DNA of 12,059 nucleotides from a virus (Duplodnaviria; Heunggongvirae; Uroviricota; Caudoviricetes): IMG/VR virus record IMGVR_UViG_2541047758_000005, positions 1 to 12,059 of that record; one strand, 5' to 3'. Shown piece by piece: positions 1 to 10,134 of this stretch (position 1 is its first letter; each line of letters starts with the position of its first letter). The notes under the pieces were generated by a model. It saw only the letters and a program-made list of their open reading frames with translations, ran no database searches and was not told where the DNA came from. The position numbers and the translations under genes were made by a program.

Positions 1-529
1 CCCTGACAGGGTTCGTAGGCCACTCAATATCAGGTGCAGTTGATGTATCAACACGGTTCAGCAACACCCGATACTTTTTCCAGGCTTCCAGCAACAAGGT
101 TTCTTCCTCCGTTGCGATCTCCAGATCCACAGCATCCTGAAGCGGCGCTATATGCTCACTGGCTACCTGCATCAGGCTGTTTTTTGTTTCTTCCGCTTCA
201 CGGATCCGGAACAGTTTTTCTGCTTCCGTATCCTTCACCCAAGCTGTGCCGTTCCACTTCTGAAACTCCCCTTCCGGGGATAACCAGGTGACATTTTCCG
301 GTAATGAGCCGAGTTCAGAAATAAATAACGCGTCGCCGGAAGCCACGTCATAAACCGTTTTACCCCGATGATCTTCAACGAGATGCCACGATGCCTCATC
401 ACTGTTGAAAACAGCCACAAAGCCAGCAGGAATATCTGGTGGTGCAATATCGGTACTGTTTGCTGGCAGACCTGTATGAGGCGGAATATATGCATCACCT
501 TCACCAATAAATTCATTAGTTCCGGCCAG
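1..529 (-). pseudogene. tfa: Tail fibre assembly protein Tfa homolog, lacking its own start codon, 3' end beyond window start
   Basis: Minus-strand frame (not the frame of the 235..516 track ORF) translates to ...[74 protein letters not shown]...[22 protein letters not shown]..., matching lambda Tfa from about residue 19 onward as recalled; no ATG/GTG/TTG in frame upstream back to the stop at 611-613; the recalled lambda N-terminus MAFRMSEQPRTIKIYNL is absent. Confidence 0.78.
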
Positions 530-676
530 GCACCAATATTTTTCGTAAAGGTGTCTTTGCCAGGGATATCCGCACCGTTCTGATCTTTCTGCAGACGTTT
601 CTCGGCATTGTCATAGGCTGTTTTTACTGCCTTTGGTGTCGCTGCAAGCGTTTCAGATGTGCTGTTGGTCGCACTT
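530..676 (-). other. Junction segment between portal fragment and tfa; translates in a third frame to a possible side-tail-fibre (Stf)-like fragment
   Basis: Minus-strand frame of the 235..516 ORF, extended upstream, reads ...[52 protein letters not shown]; resembles tail-fibre protein sequence from memory only. It is out of frame with both the B fragment and the tfa homology. Confidence 0.3.
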
Positions 677-3082
<2,406 letters not shown>

Positions 3083-3108
<26 letters not shown>

Positions 3109-3628
3109 TCAGCAACCCCGGTATCAGTTCATCCAGCGCGGCTGCTTTGTTCATGGCTTTGATGATATCCCGTTTCAGGAAATCAACATGTCGGTTTTCC
3201 AGTTCCGGAAAACGCCGCTGCACCGACAGGGGGATCCCGTCGAGAATACTGGCAATTTCACCTGCGATCCGCGACAGCACGAAAGTACAGAATGCGGTTT
3301 CCACCACTTCAGCGGAGTCTCTGGCATTTTTCAGCTCCTGTGCGTCGGCCTGCGCACGCGTAAGTCGATGGCGTTCGTACTCAATAGTCCCTGGCTGGAG
3401 ATCTGTCTCGCTGGCCTGTCGCAGTTCTTCAACCTCCCGGCGCAGCTTTTCGTTCTCAATTTCAGCATCCCTTTCGGCATACCATTTTATGACGGCGGCA
3501 GAGTCATAAAGCACCTCATTACCCTTCCCACCGCCTCGCAGAACGGGCATTCCCTGCTCCTGCCAGTTCTGAATGGTACGGATACTCGCGCCGAAAATTT
3601 CAGCCAGCTGCTTTTTGTTGACTTCCAT
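3083..3628 (-). CDS. Nu1: Terminase small subunit gpNu1 (cosB-binding), full length
   Basis: 181-aa ORF MEVNKKQLAEIFGASIRTIQNWQEQGMPVLRGGGKGNEVLYDSAAVIKWYAERDAEIENEKL..., matching lambda Nu1 (181 aa) as recalled, with N-terminal winged HTH; lies about 190 bp from cosN as in lambda. Confidence 0.95.
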
Positions 3629-3639
3629 TGTTCATTCCA

Positions 3640-3850
3640 CGGACAAAAACAGAGAAAGGAAACGACAGTGGCCAAAAAGCCCGTTTTCAGCACCTGTCGT
3701 TTCCTTTCTTTTCAGAGGGTATTTTAAATAAAAACATTAAGTTATGACGAAGAAGAACGGAAACGCCTTAAACCGGAAAATTTTCATAAATAGCGAAAAC
3801 CCGCGAGGTCGCCGCCCCGTAACCTGTCGGATCGCCGGAAAGGACCCGCA
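3640..3850 (-). other. cos: cos region: cosB (R1 ~3651-3668, R2 ~3694-3710 inverted, R3 ~3751-3770, AT-rich IHF-type bend region between R3 and R2), cosN, cosQ side
   Basis: Three copies of the CGTTTCC(T/G)TTCT-type gpNu1 R-box in the lambda arrangement (R1 and R3 same orientation, R2 inverted) between Nu1 start and cosN; the sequence matches the lambda left end (rc GGGCGGCGACCTCGCGGGTTTTCGCTATTTATGAAAATTTTCCGG...) as recalled. Confidence 0.85.
3806..3817 (-). other. cosN: cosN 12-nt cohesive-end sequence (minus strand GGGCGGCGACCT)
   Basis: Plus-strand aggtcgccgccc at 3806-3817 is the reverse complement of the lambda 12-nt 5' overhang GGGCGGCGACCT. Confidence 0.85.
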
Positions 3851-4016
3851 AAATGATAATAATTATCATCTACATGTCACAACGTGCATCTACGCCATCA
3901 AACCACGTCAAATAATCAATTATGACGCAGGTATCGTATTAATTGATCCGCATCAACTTAACGTAAAAACAACTTCAGACAATACAAATCAGCGACACTG
4001 AATACGGGGCAACCTC

Positions 4017-4211
4017 ATGTCAACGAAGAACAGAACCCGCAGAACAACAACCCGCAACATCCGCTTTCCTAACCAAATGATTGAACAAATTAACATCGCT
4101 CTTGATCAAAAAGGGTCCGGGAATTTCTCAGCCTGGGTCATTGAAGCCTGCCGTCGGAGGCTAACGTCAGAAAAGAGAGCATATACATCAATTAAAAGTG
4201 ATGAAGAATGA
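4017..4211 (+). CDS. ylcI: Small ribbon-helix-helix (Arc/MetJ/CopG-like) protein, cos-proximal (YlcI-like, 64 aa)
   Basis: 64-aa ORF; N-terminal basic tail, then RNIRFP (beta-strand) and two helices NQMIEQINIALDQKG / NFSAWVIEACRRRL, typical of RHH DNA binders; weak GGGG RBS; size matches K-12 YlcI by recall. Confidence 0.55.
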   Translation: MSTKNRTRRTTTRNIRFPNQMIEQINIALDQKGSGNFSAWVIEACRRRLTSEKRAYTSIKSDEE

Positions 4212-4304
4212 ACATCCCGCGTTCTTCCCTCCGAACAGGACGATATTGTAAATTCACTTAATTACGAGGGCATTGCAGTAATTGAGTTGCAGTTTTACCA
4301 CTTT

Positions 4305-4342
4305 CCTGACAGTGACAGACTGCGTGTTGGCTCTGTCACAGG
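4305..4342. terminator. Hairpin between convergent ylcI-like and ybcW-like genes (stem gtgacaga/tctgtcac, 12-nt loop), no clear U-tract
   Basis: Inverted repeat 4312-4319 / 4332-4339 with flanking cct/agg pairing; located between two convergent stop codons. Confidence 0.3.
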
Positions 4343-4375
4343 TTAAGTAGTTTGAATGATTAGCAGTTATGGTGA

Positions 4376-4582
4376 TCAGTCAACCACCAGGGAATAATCC
4401 TTCATATTATTATCGTGCTTCACCAACGCTGCCTCAATTGCCCTGAATGCTTCCAGAGACACCTTATGTTCTATACATGCAATTACAACATCAGGGTAAC
4501 TCATAGAAATGGTGCTATTAAGCATATTTTTTACACGAATCAGATCCACGGAGGGATCATCAGCAGATTGTTCTTTATTCAT
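4376..4582 (-). CDS. ybcW: Small acidic hypothetical protein (YbcW-like, 68 aa)
   Basis: 68-aa [71 protein letters not shown]; ATG with GGAG RBS 8 nt upstream; size and position match the small ORF near the lambda/DLP12 right end by recall. Confidence 0.5.
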
Positions 4583-4867
4583 TTTGTCGCTCCATGCGCT
4601 TGCTCTTCATCTAGCGGTTAAAATATTACTTCAAATCTTTCTGTATGAAGATTTGAGCACGTTGGCCTTACATACATCTGTCGGTTGTATTTCCCTCCAG
4701 AATGCCAGCAGGACCGCACTTTGTTACACAACCAATACTATTAATTGAAAACATTCCTAATATTTGACATAAATCATCAACAAAACACAAAGAGGTCAGA
4801 CCAGATTGAAACGATAAAAACGATAATGCAAACTACGCGCCCTCGTATCACATGGAAGGTTTTACCA

Positions 4868-5278
4868 ATGGCTCAGGTTGCCATTTTTAAAGAAATATTC
4901 GATCAAGTGCGAAAAGATTTAAACTGTGAATTGTTTTATTCTGAACTAAAACGTCACAATGTCTCACATTATATTTACTATCTAGCCACAGATAATATTC
5001 ACATTGTGTTAGAAAACGATAACACTGTGTTAATAAAAGGACTTAAAAAGGTTGTAAATGTTAAATTCTCAAGAAATACGCATCTTATAGAAACGTCCTT
5101 TGATAGGTTGAAATCAAGAGAAATCACATTTCAGCAATACAGGGAAAATCTTGCTAAAGCAGGAGTTTTCCGATGGGTTACAAATATCCACGAACATAAA
5201 AGATATTACTATACCTTTGATAATTCATTACTATTTACTGAGAGCATTCAGAACACTACACAAATCTTTCCACGCTAA
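4868..5278 (+). CDS. ybcV: DUF1398-family hypothetical protein (YbcV-like, 136 aa)
   Basis: Track ORF 4745..5278 (177 aa); preferred start is ATG at 4868 ([38 protein letters not shown]...), preceded by GGAAGG, giving 136 aa as recalled for K-12 YbcV. Confidence 0.7.
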   Translation: MAQVAIFKEIFDQVRKDLNCELFYSELKRHNVSHYIYYLATDNIHIVLENDNTVLIKGLKKVVNVKFSRNTHLIETSFDRLKSREITFQQYRENLAKAGVFRWVTNIHEHKRYYYTFDNSLLFTESIQNTTQIFPR

Positions 5279-5568
5279 ATCATAACGTCCGGTTTCTTCC
5301 GTGTCAGCACCGGGGCGTTGGCATAATGCAATACGTGTACGCGCTAAACCCTGTGTGCATCGTTTTTAATTATTCCCGGACACTCCCGCAGAGAAGTTCC
5401 CCGTCAGGGCTGTGGACATAGTTAATCCGGGAATACAATGACGATTCATCGCACCTGACATACATTAATAAATATTAACAATATGAAATTTCAACTCATT
5501 GTTTAGGGTTTGTTTAATTTTCTACACATACGATTCTGCGAACTTCAAAAAGCATCGGGAATAACACC

Positions 5569-5862
5569 ATGAAAAAAATGCTACTCGCTACTGCGCTGGC
5601 CCTGCTTATTACAGGATGTGCTCAACAGACGTTTACTGTTCAAAACAAACAGACAGCAGTAGCACCAAAGGAAACCATCACCCATCATTTCTTCGTTTCT
5701 GGAATTGGGCAGAAGAAAACTGTCGATGCAGCCAAAATTTGTGGCGGCGCAGAAAATGTTGTTAAAACAGAAACCCAGCAAACATTCGTAAATGGATTGC
5801 TCGGTTTTATTACTTTAGGCATTTATACTCCGCTGGAAGCGCGTGTGTATTGCTCAAAATAA
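5569..5862 (+). CDS. bor: Bor outer-membrane lipoprotein (serum-resistance moron)
   Basis: 97-aa ORF MKKMLLATALALLITGCAQQTFTVQNKQ... with lipobox LITGC; matches lambda Bor as recalled; opposite strand to the lysis genes, as in lambda. Confidence 0.95.
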   Translation: MKKMLLATALALLITGCAQQTFTVQNKQTAVAPKETITHHFFVSGIGQKKTVDAAKICGGAENVVKTETQQTFVNGLLGFITLGIYTPLEARVYCSK

Positions 5863-5868
5863 TTGCAT

Positions 5869-5894
5869 GAGTTGCCCATCGATATGGTCAGCTC
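5869..5894. terminator. Hairpin between convergent bor and Rz (gagttgcccat cgat atggtcagctc), probable bidirectional terminator
   Basis: 11-bp arms with one G-U wobble and one mismatch, 4-nt loop; overlaps the Rz stop codon (5894-5896). Confidence 0.45.
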
Positions 5895-6355
5895 TATCTG
5901 CACTGCTCATTAATATACTTCTGGGTTCCTTCCAGTTGTTTTTGCATAGTGATCAGCCTCTCTCTGAGGGTGAAATAATCCCGTTCAGCGGTGTCTGCCA
6001 GTCGGGGGGAGGCTGCATTATCCACGCCGGAGGCCGTGGTGGCTTCACGCACTGACTGACAGACTGCTTTGATGTGCAACCGACGACGACCAGCGGCAAC
6101 ATCATCACGCAGAGCATCATTTTCAGCTTTCGCATCAGCTAACTCCTTCGTGTATTTTGCATCGAGCGCAGCAACATCACGCTGACGCATCTGCATGTCA
6201 GTAATTGCCGCGTTCGCTAGCTTCAGTTCTCTGGCATTTTTGTCGCGCTGGGCTTTGTAGGCGATTGCGTTATCACGGTAATGATTGACCGCCCATGACA
6301 GGCTGACGATGATGCAGATAATCAGAGCGGATATAATCGCGGTTACTCTGCTCAC
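5894..6355 (-). CDS. Rz: Spanin inner-membrane subunit Rz (i-spanin)
   Basis: Track ORF 5894..6367; body [60 protein letters not shown]... matches lambda Rz (153 aa); the homologous start here is GTG at 6353-6355, overlapping the R stop (GTGA). Confidence 0.92.
5953..6135 (-). CDS. Rz1: Spanin outer-membrane lipoprotein subunit Rz1 (o-spanin), embedded in +1 frame of Rz
   Basis: 60-aa [27 protein letters not shown]... with lipobox VVVGC and Pro-rich mature part; fully nested inside Rz as in lambda. Confidence 0.9.
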   Translation of the reverse strand: MRKLKMMLCVMMLPLVVVGCTSKQSVSQCVKPPRPPAWIMQPPPDWQTPLNGIISPSERG

Positions 6356-6849
6356 TGTTGCCCCCACAAACAGACTTCACGCTCAATCTCACGACGAGTC
6401 ATCAGGCCTTTCCATTGCTTACCGCCAGCGTATGTCCAGCGACGCAGCTGATCACATGCGCCTTTGATATCGCCCTGGTTTATTTTGCGAAGAAGCGTCG
6501 ATGTTCTAAAATTGCCAGCACCCACATTGTAAACGAATGAGTAAAGAGCGCCGCGCGTTGTTTCCGGTATATCGACTTTGATATACGGGTTAATTTGTCT
6601 GGCGACAGTGGCAAGGTCTTTATTCAAGAGTGCTTTGCATTCTGCTTTGGTATACGTTTTACCGAGCATGATGTCTTTTCCGGTGTGTCCGTGACATACA
6701 GTCCATACACCAACAATATCTTTGTATGGTATGTAGCTGACACCTTCCAGACCATCGTTACCACTTGGGCCAGTGATTAACACTGATGCTATAGCAATTG
6801 CTCCGCCACCAATAGCAGCAGCAACGGCTTTTCGTAATGATGGAGGCAT
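6352..6849 (-). CDS. R: SAR endolysin R (phage-21-type T4-lysozyme-family muramidase)
   Basis: 165-aa ORF; N-terminal Gly/Ala-rich signal-anchor-release segment [20 protein letters not shown] followed by lysozyme motif [25 protein letters not shown]; matches phage 21 R / DLP12 RrrD by recall, not lambda R transglycosylase. Confidence 0.92.
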
Positions 6850-7064
6850 TATTCACCTCTCGCAGCCTTGCGCTTATCTTCTTTAATCTTGAAATAAAGG
6901 TTTGTCAGGTACGTCAGCAGGCCAAATACCAGGCTACCCAGCACACCTATTGCTGCCCACTGTGAGGGAGTGACTTTATCGAGCAGCTGTAAAAACCAGT
7001 AACCGGCACTACCTGCTGAGGTGCCATAGGCGGCTCCAGTTGTTAACTTATCCATGAATTTCAT
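6849..7064 (-). CDS. S: Pinholin S (phage-21 S-type), 71 aa, dual-start motif
   Basis: Track ORF 6849..7109; preferred start is ATG at 7062-7064 with GAGGTG RBS, giving [28 protein letters not shown]...[36 protein letters not shown]; two TMDs; second ATG at codon 4 (M-K-F-M) as in S21 71/68; stop overlaps R start (TAATG). Confidence 0.9.
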
Positions 7065-7652
7065 AACCCCACCTCGCAGACAAAGCGGGTGTAAATTGAG
7101 GGAATACAACGTATCGCAAAAAAGCAGAAACGTAACTGACTCCGAGTCAGTGAATAACTCAGGTATTGAGTTATCAGCTAATATCGAGACTCAAAAAATG
7201 GAAAAACCAGCTCGACGGCGGGTTTAAGCTGTGTGACGAAGTAACCACTCTTAACAGCATAACCAATTTTTTACGTACGTAAACCACTGAATGATATTTA
7301 TGAGAATGCTACCGAGTGTTCAAAACATCACCACAAATACATAAGAAAACCTCAACAAATAACCAATAAATAATTTCCAGTGTTATTTTTAGCCGGTTTA
7401 AATTAAACAGACGAATTATAGAACCACCATAAATAACAGCCATTAATATAAATTAGCTAATAGATTTATTTTTGTTCAAATAAGAGCCATAAATAGGTTT
7501 CGATAGAAAAAGTTCAGATAAAAATAGAGATCTACTTCACAAATTAAATGAGAAACTAAAACTTACATCTTGAAATAATCACATTGATTAGATGAATATT
7601 TATCGCGCAGTGACATCATTTTTTAATAATAGTTCAAAAAAAAGGGCTCACG

Positions 7653-8750
7653 ATGAAAAAATTAACAGTGGCAATTTCTGCTGTAGCTGCATCAGTACTG
7701 ATGGCGATGTCTGCTCAGGCAGCTGAAATTTATAATAAAGACAGTAACAAGCTGGATCTGTACGGGAAAGTTAATGCCAAGCACTACTTTTCCTCTAACG
7801 ATGCAGATGATGGTGATACTACTTATGTTCGTCTGGGCTTCAAAGGCGAAACCCAAATCAACGATCAGCTGACTGGTTTCGGTCAGTGGGAATATGAATT
7901 CAAAGGCAACCGCGCTGAATCTCAAGGTTCCTCCAAAGACAAAACCCGTCTTGCATTTGCAGGCCTGAAATTCGGTGACTACGGCTCAATCGATTACGGC
8001 CGTAACTACGGTGTAGCATACGACATCGGTGCGTGGACTGACGTTCTGCCAGAATTCGGTGGCGATACCTGGACCCAAACAGATGTGTTCATGACTGGTC
8101 GCACCACTGGTGTTGCAACCTATCGTAACAACGACTTCTTTGGTCTGGTTGATGGTCTGAACTTTGCTGCTCAGTACCAAGGCAAAAACGATCGTAGCGA
8201 TTTCGATAACTACACCGAAGGTAACGGTGATGGCTTCGGTTTCTCTGCTACCTATGAATACGAAGGATTCGGTATCGGTGCAACTTATGCGAAATCTGAT
8301 CGTACCGACACTCAAGTTAATGCAGGGAAAGTTCTTCCTGAAGTATTTGCTTCCGGTAAAAATGCAGAAGTTTGGGCCGCAGGTCTGAAATATGACGCTA
8401 ACAACATTTACCTGGCCACTACCTATTCTGAAACCCAGAATATGACTGTATTTGCTGATCACTTCGTTGCTAATAAAGCTCAAAACTTCGAAGCTGTTGC
8501 ACAATATCAGTTCGATTTCGGTCTGCGTCCGTCCGTTGCTTACCTGCAATCTAAAGGTAAGGATCTTGGAGTATGGGGCGATCAGGACTTAGTCAAATAT
8601 GTTGATGTAGGTGCAACCTATTACTTCAACAAAAATATGTCTACTTTCGTTGATTACAAAATCAACCTGCTTGACAAAAATGACTTCACTAAAGCACTCG
8701 GTGTAAGCACTGATGACATCGTTGCTGTAGGTCTGGTTTACCAGTTCTAA
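7653..8750 (+). CDS. nmpC: General porin of the OmpC/OmpF/PhoE family, prophage-borne (NmpC/Lc-type), full length
   Basis: 365-aa ORF with signal peptide [30 protein letters not shown]..., Gly/Tyr/Asp-rich beta-barrel pattern and C-terminal ...VAVGLVYQF; inserted between Q and S on the opposite strand, as for nmpC in DLP12 and lc in PA-2 by recall. Confidence 0.92.
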   Translation: MKKLTVAISAVAASVLMAMSAQAAEIYNKDSNKLDLYGKVNAKHYFSSNDADDGDTTYVRLGFKGETQINDQLTGFGQWEYEFKGNRAESQGSSKDKTRLAFAGLKFGDYGSIDYGRNYGVAYDIGAWTDVLPEFGGDTWTQTDVFMTGRTTGVATYRNNDFFGLVDGLNFAAQYQGKNDRSDFDNYTEGNGDGFGFSATYEYEGFGIGATYAKSDRTDTQVNAGKVLPEVFASGKNAEVWAAGLKYDANNIYLATTYSETQNMTVFADHFVANKAQNFEAVAQYQFDFGLRPSVAYLQSKGKDLGVWGDQDLVKYVDVGATYYFNKNMSTFVDYKINLLDKNDFTKALGVSTDDIVAVGLVYQF

Positions 8751-8769
8751 TCTGATTACGAAAAAGATA

Positions 8770-8810
8770 TGTTGCGGGAGGCGTTGCCTCCCCAACATAT
8801 AAGTGGCTCC
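8770..8810 (-). terminator. Candidate intrinsic terminator on minus strand (possible tR' of the late leader)
   Basis: Minus strand reads ATATGTTGGGGAGGC aac GCCTCCCGCAACATAT followed by CTTTTTC; about 140-170 nt downstream of the Q stop. Confidence 0.45.
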
Positions 8811-8888
8811 CTCAAGCCACTTCCTTTAGGAGCACAACCTTGCTTCTAACTATATAAACCTTCTGTTATATATTACCCTTTATTTTTG

Positions 8889-8913
8889 GGGGCGTTGCAA
8901 CGCCCCATTTTTA
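8889..8913 (+). terminator. Candidate rho-independent terminator on plus strand (porin gene)
   Basis: GGGGCGT tgca ACGCCCC (7-bp GC stem) followed immediately by ATTTTTAA on the plus strand; on the minus strand it is followed by an A-run, so it is not a minus-strand terminator. Confidence 0.55.
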
Positions 8914-8939
8914 ATAACTTTCAGTAAACAATTGGCATA

Positions 8940-9323
8940 TTAATTAGAGTTATTAACAACGATATCCATCTCTAACCGGATATCTAATGCCATTAACATC
9001 CCTTCAATTATGCCCTCAGCCTTCTGTAACCTTTTCCCGATATAACCATCAGAGCAGCAATGCTTACCTGCCAGTGACATGAATGTCATACCGACTACAT
9101 AATAATCTACTAATAAATCGTGCAAATCGCTGTTGTTCTTTTTCAGACGGGCCATGCACCCGCAAATGATCATCGCGTCATCGTCACAACATTGCGGGCG
9201 AGATTTTACTTTTGAAGGAATTAATCCCTTAAAACCGGCGGCAATGGACGACCAGGTCACATCTTCATGATTATTAGCCGCCCACGCTCCCCAACGTTCA
9301 AGAACCATCTGAATATCACGCAT
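8940..9323 (-). CDS. Q: Late-gene antiterminator Q (82/21/DLP12 QuuD-type)
   Basis: Track ORF 8940..9338 (TTG start); preferred ATG at 9321-9323 with GGAGAAAG RBS gives 127 aa [26 protein letters not shown]...[17 protein letters not shown]... with Cys-rich zinc-binding motif; position is immediately upstream of the late region. Confidence 0.85.
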   Translation of the reverse strand: MRDIQMVLERWGAWAANNHEDVTWSSIAAGFKGLIPSKVKSRPQCCDDDAMIICGCMARLKKNNSDLHDLLVDYYVVGMTFMSLAGKHCCSDGYIGKRLQKAEGIIEGMLMALDIRLEMDIVVNNSN

Positions 9324-9340
9324 TAACTTTCTCCACAAAA

Positions 9341-9664
9341 TCAGGCCAGCACACCAATCGCCAGTGCGCGATCGATAAAACGAAATATCAGCTCCAGCTG
9401 GGAGCCATACTTCTCTTCAAATGCCACGGTATCCACAACAGTAGTAATCTACAGATTGCCGTTAAGTTTTCTGGACAACTCCTCAATGGATGGAGGCGAT
9501 ACGTAATCCGGATTTTTATTCATCAGAAACTTATTTTCACAGTGGAGGCACCTGCTTTTATGAAAAAGCTCATCTTCGCTAACCGGGAATGGTTGAAGTA
9601 TCGATACTATCTTTTGTCCAAAACATTTTGGGCAAAGATGCATGGTTATGCTGCCACCGTTCAC
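9341..9664 (-). pseudogene. Small zinc-ribbon ORF upstream of Q, interrupted by an in-frame TAG at 9449-9451
   Basis: Track ORF 9449..9664 (MNGGSITMHLCPKCFGQKIV...RCLHCENKF..., CxxC-25-CxxC) ends at TAG; the same frame continues for 35 sense codons ([35 protein letters not shown]) to a TGA 17 nt before the Q start. Confidence 0.4.
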
Positions 9665-10134
9665 GATTACCTCCTTCGAGTATACAAAAGTACCCGACTC
9701 AAGTTGGTTAAGTTCCTAGAACGACATTTTAAGTCAACAACTTACCGCGCCATCTCTGCGCTCACACGTCCCACTACCTCAAAACATGTAAAGCCTTGCA
9801 AGCCATTGTGAGGCCTTATGTGTCTCAGTTTTGTCCCTCTTTTTTGTACCAAAAAACATAGCAATTGAGGATAAACCTCATGCTATTTTCGCTTATATGC
9901 CTCTAAAGGCATGGCGCTTAAATAGATAAAAACACCACAAAAGCATAAAAAACCACACAGTAAAACCGCAACATAAAACAATAACAGATAATTAAACCAA
10001 AAACAGATAGCGCATTGTGATAATCATTCAATACTAAACAAAATATAAACAGTGGAGCAATATGTAATTGACTCATTAAGTTAGATATAAAAAATACATA
10101 TTCAATCATTAAAACGATTGAATGGAGAACTTTT

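Noticed and set aside
34-583. Plus-strand ORFs 34..291 and 368..583, and minus ORF 235..516
   Set aside because: The Tfa homology is in a different minus-strand frame; these are antisense or wrong-frame ORFs over the tfa remnant. Only the upstream extension of the 235..516 frame is kept, as a possible tail-fibre fragment.
3147-3727. Plus ORFs 3147..3509 and 3188..3727, minus ORF 3487..3693
   Set aside because: Antisense or alternative frames of Nu1 and the cosB region; Nu1 is a complete lambda-type match.
3744-4001. Plus ORF 3744..4001 (85 aa) spanning cosN
   Set aside because: Covers cosN/cosQ non-coding DNA, has no ribosome-binding site and low-complexity composition; the cos site explains this sequence.
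4415-4748. Plus ORFs 4415..4621 and 4509..4748
   Set aside because: Antisense to and downstream of the ybcW-like gene; no RBS; the minus-strand 68-aa ORF with a GGAG RBS is preferred.
4745-4867. N-terminal extension of the ybcV-like ORF (177-aa version starting at 4745)
   Set aside because: The internal ATG at 4868 has a GGAAGG RBS and gives the 136-aa size expected for the family; the upstream start has a worse context.
5581-6135. ORFs 5581..5781(-) and 5843..6055(+)
   Set aside because: Antisense to bor and Rz respectively. The nested 5953..6135(-) ORF is kept because it is the Rz1 lipoprotein.
6356-6367. Longer Rz start (GTG at 6365-6367, 157 aa)
   Set aside because: Homology to lambda Rz begins at MSRVTA, which corresponds to the GTG at 6353-6355 overlapping the R stop; the upstream GTG would add four non-homologous residues.
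6285-6780. Plus ORFs 6285..6467, 6358..6540 and 6595..6780
   Set aside because: Antisense to the endolysin gene; shadow ORFs.
7065-7109. Upstream extension of pinholin ORF (86-aa version from 7109)
   Set aside because: The MKFMDKL start at 7064 has a strong GAGGTG RBS and reproduces the 71-aa S21-type dual-start arrangement.
7692-8798. Minus ORFs 7692..7925, 7986..8549 and 8589..8798, plus ORF 8164..8388
   Set aside because: Inside or overlapping the porin gene in antisense or alternative frames; the porin is a full-length family match with signal peptide.
9324-9338. TTG-initiated N-terminal extension of Q (132 aa)
   Set aside because: ATG at 9321-9323 with a GGAG RBS at optimal spacing gives the 127-aa product; the TTG extension overlaps that RBS.
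9542-9811. Plus ORF 9542..9811 (89 aa; 83 aa from ATG 9560 with GGAGG RBS)
   Set aside because: Overlaps antisense the zinc-ribbon ORF; Lys/Arg-rich low-complexity sequence with no recognisable motif. Not fully excluded; a homology search would decide between the two strands.
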